A stretch of DNA of 63,964 nucleotides, counting the filler, from Welwitschia mirabilis (Eukaryota), in the NCBI GenBank assembly GCA_051453625.1. It is 4 parts of one record of this genome, joined end to end, with 100 filler letters (N's around TTAATTAATTAA, not from the genome) between each part and the next. Parts side by side here need not be neighbours in the genome. Positions count along the whole stretch, not along the records: positions 1 to 23,293 come from JBOZIK010000001.1; 3 more parts are not named here. The stretch is one strand, 5' to 3'. Positions within the stretch are counted from its first letter, which is position 1; each line of letters opens with the position of its first letter. Positions 1 through 13,742 of this stretch are shown in pieces. Made by a program: the position numbers and the translations under genes. Below the pieces are notes generated by a model, which saw only the letters and a list, made by a program, of their open reading frames with translations, was not told where the DNA came from and made no database searches.

Positions 1-3000
1 TGAACTATTGCACAAATACACACTGCAACAGAAATATATTTTAGATACATTAAAAACATCAAATAAAAACAACATAATACTAAAAATCTTACACAAATAA
101 GCAATGTCCTAGTTTAAATAAACTATAATTAAAAGATTAAAAATTAATCATAATTAGTAAAAAATTATTTAAAAAATATAGATAAAACTTAAATGCTAAA
201 CATAAATTAAATTATATGATTATTAATGCAGGTAGAAAAGAAAATAATACAACATAAAAGAAAGGGAATAGGGATATAAGAAGATACAATAAAGACGACT
301 TTTTTTTTATCTTTAATTTCAATAATAGATCATCTATTAAAGATAGTATGATGAGGATTTAGACCTTTATCAAAGATGTTGGACACCTAAAAGTTCTCTA
401 AAAGAGGTAAGATTATAAAGAAAAGGAAGGTGCAGTGGAGAAGATCAAAACATTACTGTAAGAGTGAATCAAGTTATGCTAAAATTTATATATTTAGATA
501 TAGTAATGGATTGTATATCAATTATAATTAGTTAATAAATTATTTTAAGGGTAATAATAAATATTTAGATACAAGTAGTTGAGCATGTAAGAATTAAGAT
601 TAATCACTCAGTGTCAAATTCTAATACATAGAAAGTTTATATGATAAGAGATTAAACACTAATATGGGAGTGGTTAATCATATTTAGACTAAATATATTT
701 ACAATAATAATAATAATTAAAAAAATATAAGAGAGGGTAAATTAACTAGTCTAACATAGGTAGTTGACTATCTAAAGCAAAATAAATATTTCAAAGTTTA
801 AGAAGGTTTGAATACTTGAGGAATGATAGTTGAACATGTATAATAATAGATAAGAATTCAATAATTTATCTCAAAGATGAAGATAGAGTAAGATATATAA
901 AGAGTACATTTGAAAGAAGAGATTTATTAAAACAAAAAAAAAATGAATTTAGAGGATATGATAAATTACTTTCAAGTAAGACATTTAATGAAAATTTTAA
1001 TGAGTTGTTATTTAGTAGGAATTTATTCTAAGTGGATGTCACCAAAGTAAATTTATGATATTTATAGTTAATTGACTTAAAATCACATTTTAAAATTTTA
1101 AAAATAAATTAAAATCCTTTCATAGTACCAAATTTTATAAATTGATTGCAATGTCTACAAGATAACTTATCATGTTTAAACATATTGCAAAAATTACCTA
1201 TTAAATGTTTTGTATTATATTTACTATATTTAAGATAAGAAGAGTAATGTTGGGAATTACCTCATTTTTAGATTTTATCAAGAGAAAGTATTAGAATTTA
1301 AAAGTAAAGCTAATTTATTTAATGAATCAAGCACAAATATATGAAAGTGAAGGCAAGTATCTAAGAGAAATTTTGCCCAAAGGTGACCTTTTATTTTAAA
1401 GCATCTTCTTCAAGGTGTTTTTTCCCATAGAAAATCTTAAAATCAATTTATGTAAACTAGGATTCTTATCTTATAAAAACTTACATTCTTATTTCCTTGT
1501 ATTTATAATTTATTGAAGATAGATAACATTACTATTAAGGTTAGACATCTTATGAGAGACTTCTTCGGCTTCATAGGACATTTAATTAATCTTGCTTAAG
1601 GTTGATTATTTTTCTTCTTAAAAAACCTTTAATATCTTCATGAGTTATATTTTTTTGGATATTTTTATAGTCTTAGTACATAGCTATTCATAAGATTATA
1701 AAAAAGAGTTTTCATTAATTACATCTTCATGGTTAAATTCTTCTTTTTCTTTTTTCTCTTTTCCATGTCATTATTATCATCATATTATTCTTCTTTAATT
1801 TTAGGAATCAATCTTTTTCTCTTCATCATTAAAACATTTATATTATTTTATGTTTTTGAAAAAAACTTTACCATCTTCTACTTCATGCTCCTAAGAAGTG
1901 AAAATGGCAAAATCATCATAAAGAAAAAATAGAGATGAATAGTATTGAGAAGTAAATTTCATTAAAATTAATTTTTTTTTAATTTGAATCACTATCATTA
2001 TCCCATGTTTACATTCCAAATCTCTTATAAATGTGATAATAAAAAATCAAAGAAAACCATCTTTCTTAGATATGCATATAATTATAAGCAACACAAGCTT
2101 GGGATTTTATTTGAAGAAATATCTTACTTACTAGGGATATTTCTTTTAATTAATTCTTTCTTCTCTAAAAGGATAACGAGGAATAGGTTATCAGAAAAAG
2201 TCTTAAATTAAAACTCCTTTACAAAGGAAGAATCAAGAAAATAAATGTAATAAAAAGAATAAAGAAGAAGTTTAGGAGTAAACATCCATCATATATAAAC
2301 ATAAGTAAAAAGAACATATACTTAGATTAAGCATAGAATATCTTTTAGATCCAATAAAAGTATTTCAACAATAAGGTATACTAATGAATACTCCTCTTTT
2401 TCATTAGTTTCTTAAAAAAATTAGCTAATGTTATATTAAAAGGAATTGAAGAGTGATTAAAAGAAGATAACCAAAAATAAAGATATATGATTTATCTTAA
2501 AGAACATACTTATAATTTAGTAAATCTTCTAGAGGGTATAAGATTAATAAATTACAAATAACTATTTAAAATAAAACATGTTGTATTAGGGAAGATTGAC
2601 ATATTCAAGATATGGTGGAAGGAAAAATAATATCTTCAAAACTATGTGCATAGAATTCGACGTACTTTCACTACTAGTCAAATTATCCTCAATTAAGTCA
2701 TCTTGGATTTAACTATAATGGAGGATATAGAGCCCAAAAATATGGATGTAAAAATTACTTTCTTACATGAAAACCTATAAGAGAATATTCACATTAAAAA
2801 TTAGAATATTTTTATGCTTAAATGAAAAAAGAACCTTATTTTTAAACTTAAAATATCTTTTTATGGGTTGGATTATAGTTTAAGGTAATGATAAAAAAGG
2901 ATAAATTATTTCATGTGTAAGATTGATTTTTGTATAAGTTTACAAATCCCTATGTGTATAATAGATAGTATGGGGATGGTAGCCTTGTAATGTTTATCAT

Positions 3001-3925
3001 ATATGTCAATGACATCCTTATCAAAGGGGAAAAAAAAAAAAGGAAAGAAGGAACTTTTATCATTGAAATTTAACTTTAAAAAACTTAAGTGAGATTAAGA
3101 AAATTATGAGAAAATATATTGTTTAGGATAGAAAGAATGCAAATTTAAGTCTTTTTTCAAGAATGATACATAAGAAAGGTTCTTAACAGGTTTAAAAAGT
3201 AATACTTAAAACCTATTTAAATGTCATTAGAATATGTTTTGAGTTGTCTTCTTAGTAATGTATACAAACTAAGAAGGTAAAGGAGTACATGTTTTAGATA
3301 TTTTAATCTAGTACTATTGGTAGCTTTATCTATTTAATACTTAGATCAAACTTGGCATTACAAATGTAATGAGTCTATTTAGTAGGTTCATGAGTAAGAG
3401 TAAAAGGAATGTTAGAGAACTACTCATTAGATTCTTAAATAACTAAAGAGCTTAAGAGGGTTATAAATCTCTTATAGCAAAGGCAAGAAGTAGATTATAG
3501 CTTATTTGATTATGATTTTGTAGTAAATTTAAATAAGATAAATCCAAATCATGGGAAGTGTTAATAATGATAGAATAACCTATTTTATTAAGGTCTAATT
3601 TACAATGAGTGAGGTTCCTTCTACCAAGAAACCAGAGTATGTTATTATTTAAAAAGCATGTAAAGATTTAATTTAGCTAAGAACATCATGAAAAAATTGG
3701 CTAAAATTTAAGAGAAGGATTTACTATTTAGTAATACATAAAGTTTCAAATTCTTAATGTATAATTTAGTATTCCATAGGATTTCAAAGTAGATTTAATA
3801 CAAGAGGAAAGTATAGTTTTTTAAAAGATTCACAATCTAATTAATTTAGTTAACATGATAATAAATCCTCTTCTAGTAGGGACTTTTAAATTATGTTTAA
3901 ACATCTTGCAACTTTATTAAAGGTA
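1..3925 (+). mobile_element. Heavily degenerate Ty1/copia gag-pol relic (gag zinc knuckle, protease, integrase, RT, RNase H)
   Basis: Motif remnants in copia order, with many stops and frameshifts: KDVGHLK (~372), integrase-like SGCHQSKFMIFIV (~1030), HTYNLVNLLEGIRLINYK*LFKIK (~2505, cf. HTWDLVxLPEG..IGCKWIFK), MDVKITFLHENL (~2742, cf. QMDVKTAFLHG), IIYVNDILI (~2996, YVDD-type), RNase H YDFVVNLNK (~3510) and STKKPEY (~3620, cf. STTEAEY). Confidence 0.8.
1400..2200 (-). pseudogene. Possible antisense copia gag fragment between the integrase and RT of the first element
   Basis: Minus strand reads ...LYAYLRKMVSLIFLLSHL*EIWNVNMG (~2075-2000), resembling the copia gag N-terminal NYxYWKxxMxxFL...IW pattern; the plus strand shows no pol motifs here. 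Confidence 0.35.
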
Positions 3926-5283
3926 TTTAAGTAGATGTAAATCAAGGATTTGATAGAGGAAATGAAGAAGTCAATGTTAGCTTAAGATAAAAATTATCAT
4001 AAGTAAAACTCTAAGATTAGGCTTTTTGATCATTAATTTAGAGTGCATTCTAATTTAATACCCAAACTAGTTTACTTGTATTTCTTAGTTTTTTCATGAA
4101 AAATAATTAGAAAATATAAATATAAGCTAAATAAAGAAAGAGGTACACATGCTTATGTTAGGGTTTGATGTATCCATTACCTACATCTATATAATAGAGA
4201 ATAAGTTCATAGAATTGTACAATCAAAAAAGCTAATAAGAAACTCTTTTATTTTTAATTTCATATTGAAAAAAAAATGAGGGCTTATTTGATTGTATGGG
4301 ATAATTGATTTTGTACTAGTAAAATGGGTTGAATCTCAAGTGGTATAATTTTTTTCATTGAAATAATCCCCATAGATATAGATAGACTACCAAACCACGT
4401 AAATCTTGGTGACTCTTGTATTTGTTTCTTTATTTACTCTCTTGTCATTTTACCCATTTTCTTTGTATTTTTCCACTCTAAATTCTTTTGTCCTACATTA
4501 TTTGATCTTAATATTTCAACATATTTTGTTTTAGAAAGATCCCAATTAATTGGGTGAAGAAAGTATGATTTTAAAGGATACGATTTCCAATTATAAAAAA
4601 ACCCTAAAAGTAAAAATGAAAAAAGGATTTAATTTTACCATGATTTATGAATCTTAGGTAGTAGCAATGGTAACCACAAAAGTTATAAGATGCTTATTTG
4701 AAGGGAAAATTATGGTATGTGTATGTGAAATTATAATTTCATATTAATTTTACATATAACAAATATTGCAAATCATAATTATCATAAATAAAATGTAATA
4801 ATCTAGTTGCTACTCTTACAGTAAAAGGAAACTATGAAAAATTTCAAAACCACATTTATGTGATTAAAAAAAATGATAAGAAGCTTTCAAATTGAGTTAT
4901 AAAATTTTCAAAAAGTTAGTAATATTATCATCATGATCCCAACTTATTTCCATCTTGGTTTTATGAGTTTTTTATAGTATTAACATCTATTAGAACCTAG
5001 ATTATTAGTGTAGTTAATAATTAATAAAAATGGATAAAAATGTTTTAAGGATTTTATTATCTAATTTCATGTTTTTTTTTCAAAAGAATAATTTTACTTT
5101 TAAGGTTAAATTAATTTTACAAGATAAATTTCCATGGTAATATTATTTTTCTTAAGTTAAATACAAAAAAAAAAGAAATGTAATTATAAAAACTAAACAT
5201 TGAGCTAGTCTTTAAAATTTAAAAATCTTTTATATAATAAATATAAAAATTAATTTATATATTCCTTGAAAATATTACATATA

Positions 5284-5855
5284 AAGTAAAAAGGCTAAAT
5301 AGGACTAAGAAATGTTTGATTAAAAAAATCATATAATTATAAAATAGATAAAAAGTATAAATGATAAAAGAAATGAGGGCATTGAGGGAAGCTACGATCT
5401 GAAAGTAATGTGTAATATTTGTAGTAGTTAAAAGTTAAAATAGTAGAGCTCGATAGGCCTCTGATCTAGGTTTGCATAGTATCAAGGAATTGAAGGAAAA
5501 AATTCCTATAGTAGGATAGGAGTTATGTCATCTCTAGGTAGTGCATCTTCTTGTCATCTCTAAGTAGTGGCAGGATATTCATTAAAAATGTTACTTAAAA
5601 AGTAAAAAGGCTAAATGGAATTGAGATATGTTTCATAATGAATTCATATAATAATAAAATAGATAAAAGGAGTAAATTCTAGAATGAATGAAGGCATGAC
5701 AAGAAGCTAGGATATAAGAGTAACGTGATGGCATTTGTGGTACCTAAAAGTGATAAAAATAGAGATTGATAGGTATTTAACTAGCTTAGCATAAGATCAA
5801 AGGATTAAATGCAAGGATTCATGTAGTAGTAGTAGGAGTGATGCCATCTCTAGAA
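5284..5855 (+). repeat. Diverged direct tandem duplication, period ~315 bp
   Basis: aagtaaaaaggctaaat...tcatataa..ataaaatagataaaa...gaagcta.gat...taggagt.atg.catctctag occurs at ~5284-5538 and again at ~5599-5853. Confidence 0.8.
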
Positions 5856-5989
5856 AATTTGGATGCATTAGGGAGAAGATATGGTAGCTTGCTTGCCATA
5901 ATGATGAACTCTTCCACTAATATTTCTTTAGTCTAAGAACATACCTTATTTTTTTAATTTATAACTAGGTATACTTTAAAGCCAAAACT

Positions 5990-6662
5990 AAATGTTAAAT
6001 GTATCTTTTAGGGTGATTTGTTTCCTTAGGGCTTTACCTAGATTAGGCATGATTAATTTATGAATAGTGACCTAGTTCCTTAAGATAAGAGATGTAGAGG
6101 TTTTAACAATATTAAAGAACCATATTATTTTTCATTTTTCCATTCCTCAAGACAAAGACAAGGTTAGTAGAAAGGGATCATCCTTCTTTGAAACCTATGA
6201 TTTATAATTGACTTTTGAGAAACTTAAGACACAATATGATAAAATGTTGTTTAATAATGTCTTAATTTAAGTCCATATTTAAAACTTTACTATTCAATTT
6301 TGGAAAGGGAACTACTAGACAAAGTTATAAAAAATTTTGGAAGACTGATTGAAATAGATGAAATTACTACCAAACTATCTAGATTTATCCTAATAAGGTT
6401 TTATATTTGGTCAACTTCAAAGACAAAGAAAAAATAAAGAAAATATAGTTAAATGAAAATCCAGAACACTTAAGCTAAAATATGAGAAAATTTTAATTCC
6501 ATGTAAAATACGTAATAAAAGAAAACATTTAGAAAAAGCTTATAGATAGAGAATGACTAAGTGTGATTTCTATTATAAGAAAGGATATTAAAAGTATAAT
6601 TATAAAATAAAATTAATTTTTAAAGTTTGTAATAAGCTAAGGCATGTAAAAAAATGAGTCTA
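5990..6662 (+). pseudogene. LINE (L1-clade) ORF1 relic: DUF4283-like domain plus CCHC zinc knuckles
   Basis: Reads IRDVEVLTILKNHIIFHFSIPQDKDKVSRKGSSFF...NNVLI*VHI*NFTIQFW...LLDKVIKNFGRLIEIDEITTKLSRFILIRFYI, matching the F.F...D...V...GPW / WV...LP / G....VD..T...R...R pattern, then YEKILIPCKIRNKRKH and two further degenerate knuckles. Confidence 0.75.
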
Positions 6663-7156
6663 AGGAAAATCAAATAAAATAATCCTTCAAAAAGAAAAAT
6701 GAAAGCCATAATAGGCTTGATGGCTTAATGGACCTCATAAACCAAAAAAATGAAGATCATATAGAAAAGGAGTAGAATATAGAAGAATGATTCCTTACCT
6801 TTAAAGTATTTATCAAATATGATTAAGATCTCCTTGAAAAGGAAAAGTTCAAAGAATCAAGTCTTCCATTCAAAAGAAAACCTAAATATAAATAATAGTA
6901 TTAAACATTATTTTTCTTAAATTTTCCTCTTAAAGGACATCAAATCTATAATACTAAAGGAAAACCAATTAATTAAGAAAATAGAAGTAAAGAAATGAAA
7001 ACAAATACTCTTAATAAATTCCAATAAACTTTAAAAGACATTATTAAGAAATATATCAATTATTAATAAAAAACTAATGATTACCCTCTCATTAAATATA
7101 AGGAGGGTAGAAAAATCCTATAAGAAAAACTTACTTGATGAATTTATTAAAATACT

Positions 7157-8480
7157 TATTGTGATGCTAATTTCTAGGAATTTGATGATGTATTTGGAGT
7201 ACTTTTTTAGGACATTTATACAGGTTTAGATGAAATTCTAATGATTATGGAGAGTTGATGGGATGATCATAGAAACATGTAATTCTCGACATATTTGGAG
7301 GCATTTCAGGCATGTTCTAGTACTTAGTGTATTAGATGAAGATCAATGATGAAGAAGGCTAATTTTCTTTAGCTAGAGAGCTTTGAAAGCATGTCGTTCC
7401 CATTGTCATCCCCATGACAGAAAGGATGGTAGCACTATATTAGCATATTACAATAGTAACTTAGATTATAATTTCAAGCCAACAAGCACACTTATCTAAG
7501 GAGGTGTCATCCCTAGTGTTGTGCCCACAACATGAGGGATGATGACCCATTTAGAGATGATTGCAGGACAAATTATAAAGGTAGAAGCTAATGAATTATC
7601 TATTGTTATGGGGCTTCACCCCCAGTGTTGTCTGCATGACAATCAGAATGATAACTATTTTGTATAAATGGGAATGAATTATCTTATGATGGGTTCATGC
7701 ATCCTACCTAGGCTACTAGGGTTTCTTCTTTGACTTTAAGGGTTATGGTTCTAGAACCTTCAATGTAAAGCTATAAATACCTCCCTTGTCCTTACTTATA
7801 ATTCATCTTTTATACCTAATGTTCTTGTGATAGAAGAATGAAGAGATCCATCCAAGCTACAGATAGAAGTTACCCTTGATGTTGGGCTATATATCCTCCA
7901 TTGAGATGCTACTACTTTGTTGTAAGTGGATGTAAAAATTTCATGATCAATTAATTAATATTTTCACTACAATCATGTTTATATCCTTTATGATTTAAGT
8001 TAGTTATAATTTAGTGATAGTTCTATAATTTATTTAGATCATAAGGGAAACCTTTATTAAGGTTGACTTTGTTAATTTAGTTTTGCATTGCTATTTCATT
8101 CCAATTTCATATTGCATTATTCATATTCTATTTGGTAATTCTTATAGTTTATATTTACTAGGAGAAGTTATAAAGAAATAGATCTTATCACAGGAGAATT
8201 AGAGTCCAAATAGTACCCATCTCACATGCATTCCATCCATTGCGTTTTCAACATCATTCATCTTGCATTACATTTACATTCTTGTTTATTTTCATTTATT
8301 AAATAGAAAAGATTAAAAATACTTTGTAAAATCCATTATCTAACTTCTAGTTTGGTTCCTTCTGTGGATTACGACATTCAGGTTAACTCCCATTTATACT
8401 AGTGTGTATTTCATGCAGGTACTATGATTTATAGGTTTTTTCCTCATGACTTAAAGATTGCATAAATTCACACCATAACA
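7157..8480 (+). repeat. Athila-like 5' LTR (copy A)
   Basis: Termini tattgtgatg...caccataaca (degenerate TGTTG...CAACA inverted ends), TATA-like ctataaatac at 7771, aligns with 10205-11523 and 47825-49173. Confidence 0.85.
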
Positions 8481-8497
8481 TTTTGATGTCATTGCTA
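8481..8497 (+). promoter_or_regulatory. Degenerate tRNA-Asp primer binding site
   Basis: ttttgatgtcattgct directly after the LTR, a transition-mutated form of the Athila PBS TTGGCGCCGTTGCC. Confidence 0.6.
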
Positions 8498-8944
8498 AAA
8501 AAGGACACAAGGAGGTAGATAATTATCACTATTCAAATAAGTACCTAGAATTTCTATTCAGATTATTTATTTAAAATAGTATTGTATTTTTAGCATAGTT
8601 TAAGTAAGTTTATTTTAGCACTTTTTATTTTCTGTAGTTTTAAAGATCGTTGTTATCCTCTCTATCATCCCAACAACATTGGAAATAGTAGTTCTAAATT
8701 TTTAAATTTGTTTTCGTTTTTTACAAATTTTCTTTCTATGTATAGATTAGTAATAAAAATACTATCATCTACTCTATCATTCCCATAATAGCCTAGATGA
8801 CAATATGTTTTTTACTTTTGGCAATTTTTATCTGAGTTTAATTTTTCATTATCACTGTCCCTCCTATCATTTCCATGAATAGGTAGATAATAGTGAGTTA
8901 TTTTTTATTTTGGTTTTTTATTTACTATCTAAGTATGTAGGGAT

Positions 8945-10104
8945 ATGATGAATTCTAATAGAAAGACAAAATATTAGAGAGAGAGAACTTGATTGAAGAA
9001 AATATCCGAGAAAGATTATTTAACTTCAAGTAAAATCTAGGTATACACACCCTAGGTACATAAATTCTAAGAATTAAAGAAGAAGAGTTTTCTGCCTTTA
9101 TTATTTTAGAATTAGATTTTGTAAAAGAAAATTATAGTATAAAAGTAAATCATGTCATTTCTTCTTTAAATATGTTGAAATTGTTACAAAAATAAAAGTA
9201 AGTCTTTTTGTTTAGTATGTCAATCATAATAGAAACTTCTATTTCAAATTTAAATGCTCCTCTTAGAGATTTAAACACTAATAAAAAATGTGAAATCCAA
9301 AATCCCTTCAATCTACCTCTTGGTAATGATATAGAATTAAGAAATTTGAGTGCATATCCAACTTTTTCAGGGACCTAAGGAAAACCCCTTCAAACATCTA
9401 GCTGACATTGAACAACTTGTGCTTACTTCAGAAAAAGGAAAGAAACATATTAGTGATCATACTTACAGAATTATTTTTCTAGTCACACTTAGAGGAAGGG
9501 CAAAACTATGGCCTAAAATCATTTCACATAAAAGTTTTAAATCATGAAGTCAAGTGTAAGAAGTTTTTATCAAACAATTTTTAAGTGAAAATTCCATGAG
9601 AAAAAGAAGAAAGGAAGTTACCATATTCCAACAACAACCTTGTGAGGATTATGTCATAGCATATGAATGCTTTATCATAGCTAGTCATTCCAACCCTATT
9701 GATGAATTTGGTAAAGAAGAATTAGTCGATTATTCCTATAGTGGATTAAATTATCAAATTAAATAACTTGTAAATTTTTCTTATGGTGCAATTTGATGAA
9801 CTTAGTCTTAAAAGAGGCATGGAGTGTATTGAGAAACCTAGTAAAAATAAGTCAAACTTGGCCTAAATCCACTAAGAAAAATTGAACTATAGGCTAAATC
9901 GTAAAAACTGTAGGGAGGTTAAACATGATAAGGAAGAAAAGAGAGATGGCTCAATTAATTTAATTAAGGATTTCACTACCACTTTATAGAAGTAAACTCA
10001 ATTAATAGTTAATTCAAAGGTAGTAAAAATGAAAGCACAACTTCAACTTGTAAAATTTGTGAAGAAAACTCTTATCTAACTAAAGAGTATCCCTTGTTGC
10101 CAAC
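8945..10104 (+). pseudogene. Athila-like gag relic (copy A)
   Basis: EIQNPFNLP...ENPFKHLADIEQLVLT...IIFLVTLRGRAKLW...CKICEENSYLTKEYPLLP; homologous to the gag copies at 49724, 61612 and 40175(-). Confidence 0.85.
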
Positions 10105-10204
10105 NNNNNNNNNNNNNNNNNNNNNNNNNNNNNNNNNNNNNNNNNNNNNNNNNNNNNNNNNNNNNNNNNNNNNNNNNNNNNNNNNNNNNNNNNNNNNNNN
10201 NNNN

Positions 10205-11523
10205 AATGATGTATTTGGAGTACTTTTGTATGACATTTATATAGGTTTAGATGCAATTCTAATGAATATGGAGAGTTAATGGAATAATCATGGAAACACA
10301 TAATTCTTGGCATAATTAGAGGTGTTTCAGGCATGTTCTGATACTTAGTATATTGGAAGAAGATTAATGATGAAGAAGGCTGACTTGATTTATGTTGGAG
10401 AGCTTTGGAAGGGTTTCATCCCCATGAAAAATAGGATGAAAACACTAGAGTAGCCTATTACGAGAATGATGTGGACTAGAATTAGAATCCAATGAGCATT
10501 CTTTTCTGAGGAGGTGTTATCCCTAGTGCCATATTAATGAAATAAGGCATGATGACATATTTGGAGCTAACTGTGGGGCTAATTGTAAGGTTGTAACCTG
10601 ATGAATTATCTATTGTTATGGGGCTTCATTTCTAGTATCATCCCATGATAGTCAAGACGATAACTATTTTGTATAAATGGGACTAATATATTTTATAATG
10701 GCATCATGCACATTACTTGGGCTACTAGGGTTTCTTTTCTGACTTTTAGGGTTATGATTTTAGAACCTTTAATGTAAAACTATAAATACCCACCTTGTTC
10801 TTACTTTTAATTCATCTTTATAGCTAATGTTCTTGTGATGGAAGACTGAAGGATAAGAGGTCCATTCAATAGCTATAGAGAGAAGTTACTCTTGGTGTTG
10901 AACTATGTATCCTCCATTGAGGTGCTGTTATACCATTGTAAGTGGATGTAAAAGTGTCATAATCAAATTCAGTTATTCTTTTCACTAAAATTGTGTTTAT
11001 GTCCCTTATGTTTTAAGTTGATTATAGTTTAGTGATAACTCTATAATTTATTTAGATCATGTGGGTAACCTTTATTAAGGTTGATTCTATTAGTTTAAAT
11101 TTGCATTGCTATTTCATTCCCATTTCACATCTACATTTCATATTCTATTTGGCATATCTCATAGTTTTTGTTAATTAGGAATAAGTGATAAACTCTTCTT
11201 AATTAATTTGCATTATAAAGAGCTAGTTCTTATAATAGGAAAATTAGAATTCAAACAAAATCCATCTTATTCACATTTCATCCATTTCATTTTCTTCATT
11301 TACCATTGCATTGTATTTTCATATTTGTTTACTTCCATTTATTACAAAATAAAAGACCAAAAATACTCTTGAAAATTAATTCTCTAACTTTTAGCCTCGT
11401 ACCTTCAATAGGTTAAGACATTTGAGTTAATGCTCATCTATACTAGAGTGTGTTTTTCTATAAGTATTTTGATTTATAGGTTTGCCTAAAGGACTAAGGA
11501 TTTCATAAATTCATATCACAATA
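10205..11523 (+). repeat. Athila-like LTR (first ~25 bp lost in gap)
   Basis: Collinear with ~7183-8480 and ends cataaattcatatcacaata; no PBS follows. Confidence 0.85.
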
Positions 11524-11638
11524 ATAATAATGAGTTAATAGTATATTAACTCAAGAAATAAAAAATTTATTTAAAAATACTTAAAGACTCTCATAGGATT
11601 AGTAGAAAACTCTTATAGTAAACATAAGTTTTTCTAGA

Positions 11639-12714
11639 TGATAAGTGACCAACTTTTCGATATTTGATGAATGATTTAAGTGCGATATTAGGTACTTTTA
11701 ATAGATTTAATAATAAAATTAATCCTATTTTAATATCAATGACTAAATATAAAGAATCAAGCATAAATTAAATTAAAAAAAAATTTCAGATCTTTTAAAA
11801 GGTTATTTACATAGTCATTTAAATAAGAAAGGATATAATGACGTACCACTAGATTCCACCTAGCATCACAATATACCTATCATTATATTTCACTTGGCAC
11901 CAGATTCTAAGAAGTCTAAATAATTATCATATGAGGGAAGGAGATGATAACTTACTATAGATTTTATCTACCACTAGATTTCACCTACCATTAGATTCCA
12001 AGAATCCCAAGTAATAGTAACTAATGAATCATCATTTTTTTCTATTACATAAATTGAAATTTTACCATCATTATTGAATATAAATTGTAACAATCCATCT
12101 AAGTATTTATAAATCTAGTGAGACATTTCATTTTCTCATTCTTTCTAGCATCTAAATTGATTCCATATTTAAAAGATGTTATCATTAATGTTGGACTATG
12201 TTTTCTTCATTAAGGAACTACTATTTTTAAGTAGAAGCATTTGAAGTATAATTAGTAATAAAATTAAGTACTTTTTATCAAGTTACCTATCTTTATCTTT
12301 TTTATTTTTTATGTTAATGTTAATTTAACACTATTCTATATTGACTTTTATTTTTATATAGATCATAAGATCTTGATTAATTAAAAGTTAGTAAATTAGT
12401 TCATTAATTGCATTTATAACATTTCATTTCCACTCTTTTGCATGCTCACATATATTACATTCTATTTTATCTCATCATTTCCATTATTATTTTTTCTTTA
12501 ATTATTAAAAATACTAAAAATAATGATGTGCCTTTGTTTTCAAATAAATTAATCTTTTAATATTCCTTTGTTTTCTTTACTAATTTATGACATTTGGATT
12601 GTACCCTATACTAACTCATATCACATGCTAAGATTACAAGTTTAATTGATAAGTGAAGAAATATTGCATTGATGCATAGCTAAGAGATGAACTTTTATTA
12701 ACCATTGCTAGGAA
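11639..12714 (+). mobile_element. LTR plus PBS remnant of a second, more distant Athila-like family
   Basis: Starts tgataagtgaccaacttttcgatatttgatg (Athila-style LTR start); ends near 12692, followed by ttttattaaccattgctaggaagg, which resembles the ccattgccaaggaagg PBS/UTR of the other copies. Confidence 0.55.
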
Positions 12715-13742
12715 GGCATTTAAGATTAGAAGGTTAGTCCTTATTGCATAAGTAAATAACTTTATTTTAATATTATTTACTTATGTAATGTTGTATCTGT
12801 AGTTTTTCTTTTTTATTTCTTGTATTTTAATTTTTAATCTTTATTACTAGTTTACATTTTGTGTAAACTTAGGGGATTACCACTGTTGTGATGAACTTGA
12901 CCTCTACTTTATACTTCATATGATCTAAGGTGATAATAAATCATCATAGAAAAATAAACATTTAGAAAGCTACCATTAACATGTAAAAATTGATTTTCAG
13001 ACTAAGTTTATTTTAACCAATTTAGCTTAGACAAAGATATTAAAATAGTTGTTTTATCATAAAATTATGTCTTCTATCATTTTTAACATTATTTAAGAAC
13101 ATATACATTTTTTCATAATAATTTCAACTTATCTATTTCATTTTAAAGGATATATTGAAAAATGAAGTTCATCTAGTAGAAAACACTAGTGCTACTATCT
13201 AGCTCATTGGTACCACTAGGTTTTTGGAGAAAAATAGTTTAAAAGTTATGCTCTAAAACTATCATGAACAAGTGATTAAATTATAGTTGTAAGCTTAATT
13301 AGTTATTTTATTAAAAAAACTAATAGGTTCAATGATACATGGTAGTGACATAACTAACATGTGATAATGACATGTGTGATGATGTTGGAGAAACATGATA
13401 ATAGTACTAGATGGTAGAAGAATCTTAATTTAAAAGCTACATCATAACCATTTTTATAAGAAAATAAAAATTCCAACTAAGGCTACATGCTAAAAATTTT
13501 AACCATCCAAATTACAAATACCACTAAACCACTATAAGCCAAAGGCTCATAACCTCCTCAACAATTTCCTTAGCTTTAAAAGGTCCTAGAGCACTCATTC
13601 ATAGAGATATTTGATTGGTGAAAGTAGTTAGAATACTTAGAATTTCATAGATAACATGGCTTTATAAGCACCTCCTTTGGGAGTGGACCTGCTATTCGGC
13701 TAGAGGAGTCTATATTAATTTCATTTTCTTTCTTAGATGTAA

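Larger units (their letters stand above)
7157..11523 (+). mobile_element. Athila-like Ty3/gypsy copy A: LTR-PBS-gag-(gap)-LTR
   Basis: Two similar ~1.3-kb direct repeats, Asp-type PBS remnant and gag relic; flanks ATACT (7152-7156) and ATAAT (11524-11528) may be a TSD with one mismatch. A 100-N gap (10105-10204) hides the interior. Confidence 0.7.
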
